Below, one piece after another: positions 39,701 through 50,698 of a DNA stretch of 64,000 nt. This DNA is from Antechinus flavipes (lineage: Eukaryota): positions 135,408,001-135,472,000 of the forward strand of contig NC_067402.1 of assembly GCF_016432865.1 (NCBI RefSeq), in the 5' to 3' direction. Under the pieces are notes generated by a model. It searched no databases and had not been told where the DNA came from. It saw nothing but the letters and a program-made list of their open reading frames with translations. The position numbers were made by a program, and so were the translations under genes. The stretch's first letter is position 1; the number at the start of each line of letters is the position of its first letter.

Positions 39701-40375
39701 GAGCATTTTGTTCAGTTCTGGGTGCCCTGTTTTAGTAAGAATATGAATAATAAATTGGAGAGTGTTCAATGGAAAGTGACCAGGATGATCTAGGGCTTTA
39801 GGATCATTTCATATAATGATTTTTTTAATTATATATTTTTTATTATAGCTTTTTATATACAAAACATATGCATGGGTAATTTTTCAACACTGACTCTTGC
39901 AAAACCTTCTGTTCCAATTTTTCCCCTCCTTCCCCCACCTTCTCCCCTAAATGGCAGATAGTCCTATACATGTTAGATATATTAAAGTATATGATGATTA
40001 TTTGAAGTATTTGGGCATGTTTAAACTCTAGAATTGTTGATATGGGAGGTAAGAACATAATAGCCTCTTTAAGTATTTGAAAGACTTTCCTAGAGGAATT
40101 CTTTCTAAGTAAAGAGCCTTCACTTGAAGCAATGTATAGAAATCTCTAACTGTCTGATTTAAGCTTGATGAAAAGAAAAACTGCCTAACAATTACATGTA
40201 ATAAAAAATGGAATAGTTGCCTTAGGAGGGAGTAAGTTCCCTTACCATAGAGGTTTTCAAGCAGAGATTGGGTGACCACTTGTCAGTAATGTTGTAGAGG
40301 GAATTTCTTTGTGGATAAAGGCCAGATGAATTAGCCTCTAAAGTTCTTTTCAGCTTTGATATTCTGTGATTTTAT
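39701..40375 (+). mobile_element. L3/CR1 LINE 3' fragment split by an L1
   Basis: Translation EHFVQFWVPCFSKNMNNKLESVQWKVTRMI matches the CR1 ORF2 C-terminal motif (VQFWAP...LERVQRRATKM); the 3' end ttctgtgatt is at ~40362. Confidence 0.85.
39822..39988 (-). mobile_element. Short L1 3' end with probable 11-bp TSD
   Basis: ttattatagctttttatatacaaaacatatgcatgggtaatttttcaacac...; ATATAATGATT 39811-39821 versus ATATGATGATT 39989-39999. Confidence 0.85.
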
Positions 40376-41108
40376 GGAGACAAATCTAGGTATAAAGGTA
40401 ATTGAAACCAGAATATGAGAGGGAAAATTGGAAGTAGATAAGAACTGAAGGACAAAGTGAGAGTAGGGAACAATTTTAGTATGAATGAAAGAACTAATGG
40501 GAAAGGTGGCTGGATAAAAAAAAAGGTAGTAGGTCAGTGGAGTTTCAGGGTCCTAACTGTTACTGGTCATATGTGACGATGAACTTCTTAGAACTGGCAG
40601 TTTCCTTTTGATGAAAAGAAGTGTAGCAGGTATAAAGTTAATGGGATTTTTTTTCTCATTGAATTACCACATAATTGTGGAGTTCCTGCTGGGCAAGAGA
40701 AACTGTGCCAGGATATAGTAATATATTTACTTATTTGGTGGGAAGATAAAAATGTTTGTGCCAAATATAGAAAGAAATAAAGAAAAAAAAAGGAACTTTA
40801 AAATATATTCATGATCAGTTATCAGTTTTAGAGATTTTGATTTTACTTCTAAGATACTTTGTTAAAAACTTTTTTGTGTGTGTGTCATGTTTTACTCTTC
40901 CAGTAAAAGAAAAATTATTTTAAATTAATGGCTTATAATAACAGGTCTGGAAATCAGGAAATGCAGCTTTGGACACTTCCCAGCAGTGTGATCCTCTGAT
41001 TTTCCTTAATCCACTGGAAAAGGAAATGGCAACACACGCCAAGTAGAGGTGTCCATGAAGTCAAGAAGTGTCACACATAAGTGAACAACAAACAATAGTG
41101 GTAATTAT

Positions 41109-41352
41109 GAGGCCGCTAAGTGGTGCAGTGAATAAAGTGTTGGGCCTAAGTTAGGAAGCCTTATCTTCCTGAGTACAAATTTGGTCTCAGACACTTACTA
41201 GCATATGATCTGTGTCAAGTTATTTAATCATGTTTGCCTCAGTTTCTTCATCTGTAAAATGAACTGGAGAAGGAAACTATCCAATATTTTTGCCAAGAAA
41301 GCCCCTAAAAGTCACAAAGAATCATGTGACTGGGATGACTGCATAGCAACAA
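41109..41352 (+). mobile_element. Mar1-like CORE-SINE
   Basis: gctaagtggtgcagtgaataaag...tttgcctcagtttcttcatctgtaaaatgaactggagaagga...tttgccaagaaagcccc. Confidence 0.88.
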
Positions 41353-42124
41353 TAATAGTTGTGAAAAGAAATTCAAACAATTAACTACATTTTTGTAATA
41401 AAGCTGGAGTACAGAAGAGAGAACAAATTGCCAGTAAGGATTTATTAGTTAACTTTTATAACAGGAAAAGCTTACATTTCCCCCTTCTGCTTTTCTAGGC
41501 TTAGTGGAGGAAATGGATGAAACATTCAATGTTTCATTACTTGAGTAAGGAAATGACCCAAAAGTGGGATAATATAAAACTGCTGCTTAAGGGAAGACTA
41601 TTTAATAGAATCAGTTTATTCATTAATGTTAAAAGAGGTCACAGAGTCTCATCCTTTTAAAAATCTGCCCTTACTCTCCAGGCTAAATTAGATTTTGTCC
41701 ATTTGTATTTCTTTATCTAAGCTCTTATGCCTCATTTTCTCATCTTACTTGAAGAATTTTTTTTTTAAATATCAAGATAAAAGAAAGGATACAAGTGGTG
41801 ATTTTTCCTGTCATAATGTTTGTAAGGGTGGTAGTGGTAGAGATTCACTGATAACTGCCACCAGGGATCCTGTCATATAAATACAGACAAGAGAGGAAGT
41901 TTCTGTCATCGAGAGTATTGACTATACAACAAGAGGTGACGTATTTACAGTCTAGGAATGACACTAATTTACCCTGTCTGGAGTCATGTTTGCACAACTG
42001 CTTCCTATGCCTCCAGAGGGGAAATACCCCAGTGGTATAGAAAGCTCTACTCAGCTTATTAAATCTCAGAATAGTTGTTTTTTTGAGAATAAATTATTAG
42101 GAAAATTGGGACTTAGTTTAATTA

Positions 42125-43212
42125 AGAATTGAGGTGAACATGTACAAAATTGTTTGTGGCAGTCCTTTTTGTAGTGGTAAGGAAATGGAAATTGAATGGA
42201 TGCCCATCAATTGGAGAATGGCTGAATAAGTTATGGAATATAATTGTTCTATAAGAAATGATCAGGAAAAGAATTGGAAAAGGAGAGGATGTCCATCAAT
42301 TGGGGAATGGCAGAACAACTTGCGATAGATAAAGGTAATGAAATGTTATTGTTCTTTGAAAAATGATGAACAAGCTGATTTTTAGAAGGGCCTGGAAAGA
42401 TTTATATGAACTAATGCTGAGCAAAACAAGCAGAACCAGACTGCACACCATAACAGCAAGAATGTGCAATGATCAACTATGAAAGACTTGGTTCTTCTCA
42501 GTAGTGCAGTGATCCAAAGCAATTCCAATAGACTTTGGACAAAAAAAATCTGCATCCAGAAAAAGATTTAAGGAGGCTGAATATAAATCAACACATGCTA
42601 TGTTCACTTTTTTTTTTTAATCTCTCCCATGGTTTTTCTCTTTTGCTCTGATTTTCTCTCCCAACATAATTAAAATAGTGCATTTAAAATCAATAAACTA
42701 AAAAAAAAATTGGTCCACAAAATGATTTCAAAAAGACCTGTAGAGACTTGCATAAACTGATGCTAAGTGAAGTGAGTAGAACTAAGAGAACATTGTACAC
42801 AGGAACAAGATTATGCAATGGTTAATTCTGACCAACGTGGCACTTTTCAACAATGAGGTAATTCAGGGCAATTCCAAAAGACTTGTGATGAAGAAAGTCA
42901 TCTGAATTCCAAAAGGAGGACCATGGGGACTGAATGTAGAATGTAGAATGTATTTTCACCCTTTTTGTTGTTGTTGCTTGCTTTTTGTTTTCTTTCTCAT
43001 TTTTTTCATTTTTGATCTGGTTTTTCTTGTGCAGCATGATAATTGTGGAAATATGTAAAGAAGAATTGTACATGTTTGACATGTATTAGATTACTGAAGT
43101 CTAGGGGAAAAGGTGGGAGAACAAATTTGGAACTTAAGGTTTTGCAAGGTTGAATGTTGAAAACTATCTCTGCATATATTTTGAAAATTAAAAGCTATTA
43201 TTTTAAAAAAAG
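42125..43212 (+). mobile_element. L1 3' end (outer copy), interrupted at ~42265-42709
   Basis: ggatgcccatcaattggagaatggctgaataagttatgg...ataagaaatgatcag, resuming at aaatgatttcaaaaagacctgtagagacttgcataaactgatgctaagtgaag through ttttgaaaattaaaagctatt. Confidence 0.85.
42265..42709 (+). mobile_element. L1 3' end (inner nested copy, different subfamily)
   Basis: Second copy of the GCPSIGEW segment (ggatgtccatcaattggggaatgg), a different 3' UTR, and aataaa + A-run at ~42692-42709. Confidence 0.8.
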
Positions 43213-43589
43213 AACTGAGTTGATTCTATTGTCTGCTAATAGAAGAGATTCAAAATTATATGAATGACTTATTTAAATTTCTTTTTAAATGCCAAGATGA
43301 TTCATCATCCAAGATGGTTTTCTTAAAGTAACTGTCAGCTTATAGTGTTATTTAAAAGAAATTGGGCTTTATCCTATTCTATTGCTGACTTTTTCATTAT
43401 GTACCTTTGTATCTTTTTCATGATGAGAAGGAACTGTAAATCTGAAACACCTAATTTCAGGGTAAACAGGAAAGCCTCAGTAGAGGAAATACTTATTGGA
43501 CCTGAAAGTTCTTTTTTGTTTGTTTGTTTGTTTTTAACATGATAAAAGATTCCTCTGCCTCTTAGTTTGCTTCTTAATTATGTGTGGTT

Positions 43590-43632
<43 letters not shown>
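43590..43632. repeat. (GT)n microsatellite
   Basis: Direct read. Confidence 0.98.
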
Positions 43633-43635
<3 letters not shown>

Positions 43636-43769
43636 AAAAATAAATAAATAAGTATACATATGTGTGTATGTAAATGCATATTTTCTATATTCTGTGTTTT
43701 CTTGCTCTTTAGCTCTGTGTCACTAACTTACTGTGAATTTTGGGTTTGTGTGATAATAAGCAAAGAATA

Positions 43770-44019
43770 GGGAGGTGGCACAATGGTTACAGTGCCAAGC
43801 CTAGAGTTAAGGACACCTGAATTCAAATCTAGTCTCAGACACATCGTAGTTATGTCACTCTGGGAAAGTCACTTAACCCTGTTTGCCTCATTTTCTTCAT
43901 TTGTAAAATGATCTGGAAAAGGAAATGGAAAACCATTCTAGTATCTTTGCCAAGAAAGCTTCAAAAGTAGTCACTTAAAATCAGATGGACTGAAAAGGAT
44001 CAAACAAACAAACAAAACA
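43770..44019 (+). mobile_element. Mar1-like CORE-SINE
   Basis: ggaaaaggaaatggaaaaccattctagtatctttgccaagaaag. Confidence 0.85.
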
Positions 44020-44142
44020 GTGGACAAATAATTAAATTACTATTAGTCTGTTTCCTCATCTGCAAAATGGAGATGATAACAGTAGTATTGCCTTCCTTAC
44101 AGTCAAGCCAACCATCATTTATTAGTTTACTATGCACTAGTC

Positions 44143-45049
44143 TGTTGGAATCTTTACAAACTGTTAAGTCATTAGAGTTGATAGAGACAATAATTATCTA
44201 AAACAAAAGAAAGTGGGAGATGTTGGAATCTTTACAAACTGCTAACTCATTAGAATTGATAGGTTATTGATCTGATCTTACAAGAAGATGTTTTGGGCCG
44301 GAACCTGAAACAAGGTACTAAGTAGAACTAATTGATTCATTGTTCACACCTTTATTCATTGGACTTCACACGTTTGGGAGATTTCAGAATTTAGTATGAG
44401 ATAACCGAATTCACACCTCCCTTGAAGCTCTCAGGGCCAGAGAGCACTTTGGGAGAAAACCCATAATCCCTCTCTCTGATATATAAGAAGAAAGCAGAGG
44501 CCCAGTTAGGAGAGTTCAGCTGAATTACGTTGGAGGGGAGCACTCTGGGCTAGACACAGAGCGCTCTGGGAGAGCCAGAAGCCCTCTCTCAGAGGCAAGA
44601 AAGATTCATTACAACTTTTACCTTGGTGCTGGCTAGAGGCAGAGGCAGAAGCAAAGGACAAAGCTGCAAGTGCTCTTTGGAGGCAAGATAGATTCAACTT
44701 GGTGCTGGCTGAAGGAAGCAGAGGCAGAAGCAAAGGGCAAAGCTGCAAGAGCTCTTTGGAGGCAAGATAGATTCAACTTGGTGCTGGCTGAAGGAAGCAG
44801 AGGCAGAAGCAAAGGGCAAAGCTGCAAGAGCTCTCAGAACCAAGTCGAGAGAGAGGCCTCTAAGAAAAGCTAACCGGGCTATATTGGAGACAATAAAAGA
44901 TCTGAACTTTTATCAGCTGGCTGCGTTTTGAGGTGATTATTACTTTCAACTGCAACTAAGGCTGCCTCCAGAAAACCTCCCCTGAGAAACCTGCTTACTC
45001 CCAGAAAAACCATCATTATTGTATTTTAAAGAAGAAAAAGATCACCACA
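44143..45049 (+). mobile_element. ERV remnant: 5'-LTR stub + PPT + complete 3' LTR, 6-bp TSD
   Basis: TSD CTAGTC at 44137-44142 and 45050-45055. TG..CA ends. LTR start TGTTGGAATCTTTACAAACTG at both 44143 and 44221. PPT AAAAGAAAGTGGGAGA 44205-44220. TATATAA ~44480-44486. AATAAA 44892-44897. Confidence 0.92.
44593..44835 (+). repeat. Three tandem ~79-88-bp units inside the LTR
   Basis: Units start at 44593, 44681 and 44760 (AGGCAAGA.AGATTC...GGTGCTGGCT...GCAGAAGCAAAGG.CAAAGCTGCAAG.GCTCT); units 2 and 3 are identical over their shared length. Confidence 0.95.
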
Positions 45050-45420
45050 CTAGTCATTGTGCTGAATGCTGGTGATACAAAGAGTTTAAAAGATACTCCC
45101 TGCTCTAAAGTAATTGACGGTTTAACAAGTGAGACAACATTCAAGGAACCATATACTAGCAAGTTCCTCTTATTGGACAAGTTGAGAGTAGTCTCATAGA
45201 AAAGGCACTAAGCTTAAGAAAACTGGGAAAGATTTTTTGTAGAAGGTGGTATTTTTGCTGGTACTTTTGCTGAGCCTGGAAAGAAGTGAGGGATTATGGG
45301 AGGCAAACTTGAGGAAGGAGAACATTAGATTATTCCAGGCATGATATACCATATATCTGTATGTCTACTCACACATTTCAGGCACAGATAACTAGGTAAT
45401 TACTGAGGCTTTAACTTTAA

Positions 45421-45564
45421 CTTTTTTTCCCTCTGAGGCAATTGGGGTTAAGTGACTTGCCCAAGTCATACAGCTAGGAAGTATTAAGTGTCTAAGACCA
45501 AATTTGAACTCAGATTGTCCTCACTTCAGAGCTAAGCTGTATCCACTGCACCACCTAGCTGCCC
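45421..45564 (-). mobile_element. Short marsupial SINE (WSINE1-like)
   Basis: ctgaggcaattggggttaagtgacttgccc...tatccactgcaccacctagctgccc. Confidence 0.92.
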
Positions 45565-46659
45565 TAATACTAGCTAAATATGGGAAAACAAGGGAAAGAA
45601 TGACTTGAATAATTTTCTCTCTTTCTACTATACTCATAGTTAAGAACCCTTAAAGTTGCAGGAAAACAACAAATTGGAAAGTTTTTGAAAAAATGAGTTT
45701 GTCCCATATGGCCCCTGCCTTGCTGGGTGTGTGTTCCTCTTTTATATATGCTACTCTTTCTAGGTATTTTAGTATAGGAATGCCATTAATTTTTACTCTA
45801 TGTGTAGATTTCATCTCACTGTGTTTTGTTTATTCTATTTTTAACATCACATCCTTTGTGTGAACTGCCTTGAGGGCTCGGGTGACCAAATGGTCTATTT
45901 TTTTCAGGGTTATCCTATTTCTTAGTTCTAGTAATTTAGCCTGGTATGCCTAGAAATCCTTCTGGGAAGCGATCTTTCCTCTTTTTTCTCTTTTTTGAAC
46001 TTCTCTTTGAGAGTTTTCCCAAGAAAGCAATATCTTTGAAATTGTGGTTTAACATTTGATAGAAATTCCTGTGGTTTATATAAAATTACCACAGAGAGGT
46101 GGCCTGTGGCATTGAGGGTTTCAGTTCAAATAGATTTAAGGTATTCCAACAAAGATAACATAACTGAAAAACTATAGTAGTATATTAATTTCCTACTGGA
46201 TCTAAAGTGTTATCAGGTTCCAATCTCCTTCACTTTATGCCATTAATTCAGCCATAGAATAAATCAGAATAATTATATATAAAAAACAATTCTACTTGTA
46301 TTAAGTAATTCTTTTGAAGGTTTGGTTAATTCAATCTTTATTATTAATTCAATAAACATATGTCTCATGCTTATATCCTCTTGTTAGAATGTAATCTCTA
46401 TGAGGGCAAGGGCTGTTTTTTTGCCTTTTCTTTGTATCCAGAATGCCTAGCATAATGCCTGAGACACACTGTCAAGGTATCACATTAATCACATAGTAGC
46501 TGTTATTAAATGCTTTTTTTGCTGGATTGATGCAGGCAGAACACTGAACTAGTTACTATATGAATATTCACACATTTCAGGCACAGATAACTAGGTAAAT
46601 ACTAAAGTCCTAAAGATAAATAAGAGGAAACAGAAAGCAAACTATGTCTATGAAGGTAA

Positions 46660-47170
46660 ATTGGATCCAACCTTCACTTTCTTGTATAGATATACACTTG
46701 GTATGGACTTCCTTTCTTCTTTGGTGCATGTTTGTTCATTATAATTTTATTCCCATTGAATTATTTTGTGGGTTTTCTACCATCCATTTCCATTGTTGTA
46801 GTGATTGTATATATTATTTTTTTGACTCAACTCAAATGCATCAGTTCATATCTTTGTATGTTTCTCTGCATTCATTATAAGATTGTAATATTCCATTACA
46901 TTCATATACTACATTTCTTTTAGCCATTCCTCAACTGAAGAGTATCTATTCTGTATATGGTTATTCACTGCTACAAAATGTAGTACTATCAATACTTTTC
47001 TGTACATGACAGCTTTCTTCTTATCAATGAAATCCTTGGGGTATGTGCCAAGTAACATAGAATCTATGTATAATTTCAAATTGTTTTCCATAATGGTTGT
47101 ACTGATTTACACTAATCTTGCCTATTTTCCTGCAAGTTCTCCAACATAGACCTAATTTTCTTGTCAAAAT
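46660..47170 (-). mobile_element. Old L1 ORF2 3' end/UTR fragment
   Basis: Minus-strand peptide MLLGTYPKDF...MYRKVLIVLHFVAVNN...SSVEEWLKEM resembles degraded L1 ORF2 (LLGLYPKE...FIAALFVVAK...SIGEWL). Confidence 0.75.
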
Positions 47171-48234
47171 AACGTAGTATTTTATTTTCATATATTCTAC
47201 CAAATTGAAAAATGAGATGGGGACTCAAGGACAGAGTTGTGATGCTTTTATTATGATTTTATAGATGTACCTATTCCACATGGAAACACATAGTATTTTG
47301 TTTGCACCTCTCCTATGTATTCCTGGTATATTAAAGCTATTAGTAAGAATTATACCTTCCATGAATGGCAAGGACTGTATATTATTTAAACTTTATACCC
47401 CTCAGAATGTTTGTTGCCTTTTAATGAATGTTTTTTAATTGCATTGAATTGAATGCATCTGTACACAATACATTTTTAAACCATCTAAGGTACAGTAAAG
47501 ATCAATTATATTATATCTAGAGAATGCTATAGCTATCCCACCGAAATTATTAGATTAATAAAAAATAGCAAAAGATATCACATTATAAAAAATAAATTGT
47601 ATTTGTTAGCTTTTAGTTTCTTTTATGATGTAATCTAAAGCTTTCTTGAAAACAGACTTTTGCTATTAAAAACCTATGTTTTTCAAAGCTAGTGTGACAT
47701 CAAGAGAAATTGTTCCATTTGTTGTCTAAAACACTGAAATCAAATAGGTTTATTTTTGGTAACTTTTTCTGATGTAATGACCTGACAGAAAATAAAGGCT
47801 GTTCTGAAGATTGTGAAATATAGTTTATATAAACTTGACTTTCAGTGCCATCGATATTACTGCCCACTGTTGGAAAAGTGATAAACTTAAATAAAAAATT
47901 ATTTCTTTTTTCTTAAGTATAAATGCTGCTGTGTTTTTACCATCTACATTTCACTTTCTGCTGCCAAAGCCTTTCAAACGATACTTAAATTTTAGCATGT
48001 TTGCTGGGATAATGCTCAGAGAAAAGGCAATTTTGATTTCACTGAAGTATATAGTGGTTCTGAAGTATTCTGCTTCATTCCCATTCAGACCTCCCGTGCT
48101 ATATTTTTTCATGGCTAAAGACACATTTCTCTTTTCATGGGCATTACACATAGGACATTTCATATAAATAATGGAAATAAATAGAAAAGAAATGTTATTT
48201 GATCTTCATTATAATTATAATAAAACTAAGAATC

Positions 48235-48470
48235 ACTAGCATTTATATAGTGCTTTAAGTTTTGCAAAGCTCTTTGCAAATGTTATTTTATCCTTACTAC
48301 CACCCAGTGGTAGTAAGGCAGTGGCTGGCAGACTATCATTATTCCCATTTTACAGATGGAGAAACTGAGGCAGGAAAAAAAGACTAAATGACTTGCTCAG
48401 GATTATTTGGCCATTAAGTGTTTGATGCATGATTTGAATTTGAGTCTTTCTGTCTCTGGCACCAATACTC
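48235..48470 (-). mobile_element. MIR-like CORE-SINE
   Basis: attattcccattttacagatggagaaactgaggcagg...aaatgacttgctcagg. Confidence 0.8.
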
Positions 48471-50520
48471 TGGTAGTTTCCTCTATTATTGTAATAATGT
48501 TTGGACGATCAAAAATCTGTTCCATTATCTTATAATGGAGATGATTGATATTTATGTCATTAATTCATAATTTAATTTGTTTCAGTATCTTAGTTCATAA
48601 GTACATATGTGTGCATATGTCTAAATGTTTTATGTATCATATGGAAGTCCAGCTTACTTATATGTAATTAGATTAAATATTCTAAACTATTTTATCATAT
48701 TTTCTATAGGAAAGTTTAGAATTGTTTTGAGTAATATTGCTATTTTTTAGCTATTAAATTTCCATTGGGTATGAGCTTCAATTAAATATATACAGAAGAT
48801 ATATGTTATGTCATTGTTGTGCCTGAATTACATGTATTATTTACATCTTTTCTTTTCTTTTTCCTTTTTGTTTTGCTTTGGTGAAAAAAGCCGGGGGAAC
48901 TGAGGTTTTGCCCATTTTGTTTAGAATTTCTGTAGGAAATTGAATTAGAGAAGGATTTTTGAAGGAGGCAGGCTGGGAGCAACCAGATGGTGTAGTGACT
49001 AGAGCATTGGCCCTGGAGTCAGCAGGACCTGAATTCAAATCCAGAGTCAGACACTTACTAACTGTATTAAAAAGAGAAGAGGGTGGGGAAGGGAAGGACA
49101 GAGAGAAATGTTGGAGAGGGGGATAGGCTACTGGAGGCTTATGTGTTGTATTCCCACCCCCCACTTCCCCCTTTCACCTTCCCCTCTATCTTGTTTAGTG
49201 TTCATTAGCACTATCAGTTGCATAAATTAAAACTGAATGAATTACAACATTTCTGAAACAGTGACACATTTAGCCTTAAGCACTGCCTTGTGTTGTTTCC
49301 TCAGACTCCTGAGGATAGGAGTATTAGATAAAAGCAAAACCCTTAAAAACTAAACCAAAAAAAATTGTTTTTCTGTTGATCACTATTTATATATATATAT
49401 ATATTCAATGTTTAATTGAATATTGTTAGTAATTAATAAGTGGATTAAATGCTAGAGTTCTATTTTTTTTTTTAGTTTTGAAGTTTTTTGTTATAACATT
49501 TCAAAATTTTGAATACTAAATTAATAATTTTATTTTTAAGGGACATTGCCAAATGAATTACTTTTCATTTGTATTTCAGTTGTTAATTGATTAGATCTTT
49601 TTTGTTTTCATATTTAAACCTTGCATGAAAGTTGATATTTTTGAGTGAGCAAAGAAGTAAATGTCCACCTCCCTTGGACCTCTACTCCTATCTATAATTG
49701 CCCCTGTAGATCAACCTGGTCCACACCTACATTCCAGGCTTAATGTGAGGATCAAATGAAGTATTTGTAAAGTGCTTGTCACTATCCAATATGTAATGTT
49801 TAATAAGAGATTAAGAGATTATTCCCTTTCTTCCCTTTTCCTCTTAAATTATTTTAGAACTAATCTGAGCATACTGCAAGGAGGGTGATCAGATGCTAAA
49901 CTGATTTCTTTTTATCAAAAATGGGCCAGCTACTGAATCCCCTTAGCCTGTTTTCATATCATAGCAATTGGTCCTTCTACTTGAGTGTAGGTGAGGGGAA
50001 AGCTTATAAAATATTCTCAGTAAGATCTTTATTTTGTTGTTAGATCATAAGAGAATGGATTTAGAGCTAGAATGGGCCAAAAAGATTAACTATTGAACAT
50101 GATTTGCGTATGATCACGCAAACAAGGTTTGGGAGCAAATCCAGCTCTTCAGACCTCAAATTGATCACAATTTCTGCTGTACCAAAACGGATGATGTTAT
50201 TGCATCACAACCTTGGCTGAAGAGAAGTGGCCTGCGACTTGACACCTAGATTTTAGTCTCAGGTTTGCCACTTATTTTTAGTATGATGTCATGCAAACTA
50301 GGTAATGTCTTCCCATTTTAATTTCCTCACTTACCAAAAGCAAGATAGTATTTGTTAATGATTTATATCTTTTCAGTGAGTAAAGTAGAAATAAGAGTTG
50401 TCTGACAGACACTGATTTTGGGGAGCAAAAGCTCATATGCAAAAGCAAAGGAGTGTATTTTTCCCTAAAAATGTCTGAACAGATTGTTTCCTTGTGAATT
50501 CTTGTGAATGCTATTCTTTA

Positions 50521-50698
50521 TTGTTGAGTTTCTTCAGTCATCTCCAACTCTTTATGACACCATTCTAGTGGAGTGGTTTGCCATTTTCTACTCGAGCTTA
50601 TTTTATAGATGAGAAAATTGATGCATTGTCAAGTGACTCTCCCAGGATTACACAGAAAGTAATGTCTGAGGCTGTCCACTGTACCACCTAATTGCACC
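50521..50698 (-). mobile_element. Mar1-like CORE-SINE (internally deleted)
   Basis: ttcagtcatctccaactctttatgacacca...ggagtggtttgccattttct...ttttatagatgagaaaattga. Confidence 0.75.

Larger units (their letters stand above)
44112..45150 (-). mobile_element. L2 3' tail split by the ERV
   Basis: catttattagtttactatgca|ctagtc|attgtgctgaatgctggtgatacaaag reconstitutes an antisense L2 tail. Confidence 0.75.

Noticed and set aside
41854-41870. GCCACCAGGG, CTCF-like
   Set aside because: Lacks the GGCG/GGCA 3' core.
44506-44873. Repetitive ORFs on both strands in the LTR
   Set aside because: By-product of the 79-bp tandem repeats; non-ATG or short, with no retroviral protein motifs.
47931-48167. Overlapping 70-78-aa ORFs including MKCPMCNAH (CxxC)
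   Set aside because: A single CxxC with no second zinc-ligand pair, no splice support, not recognised.
50103-50122. Hairpin TTTGCGT-N6-ACGCAAA with CpGs
   Set aside because: Lies in a decayed MIR (gtgacttgcccaaggtcacacag equivalent); a 7-bp stem is expected by chance.
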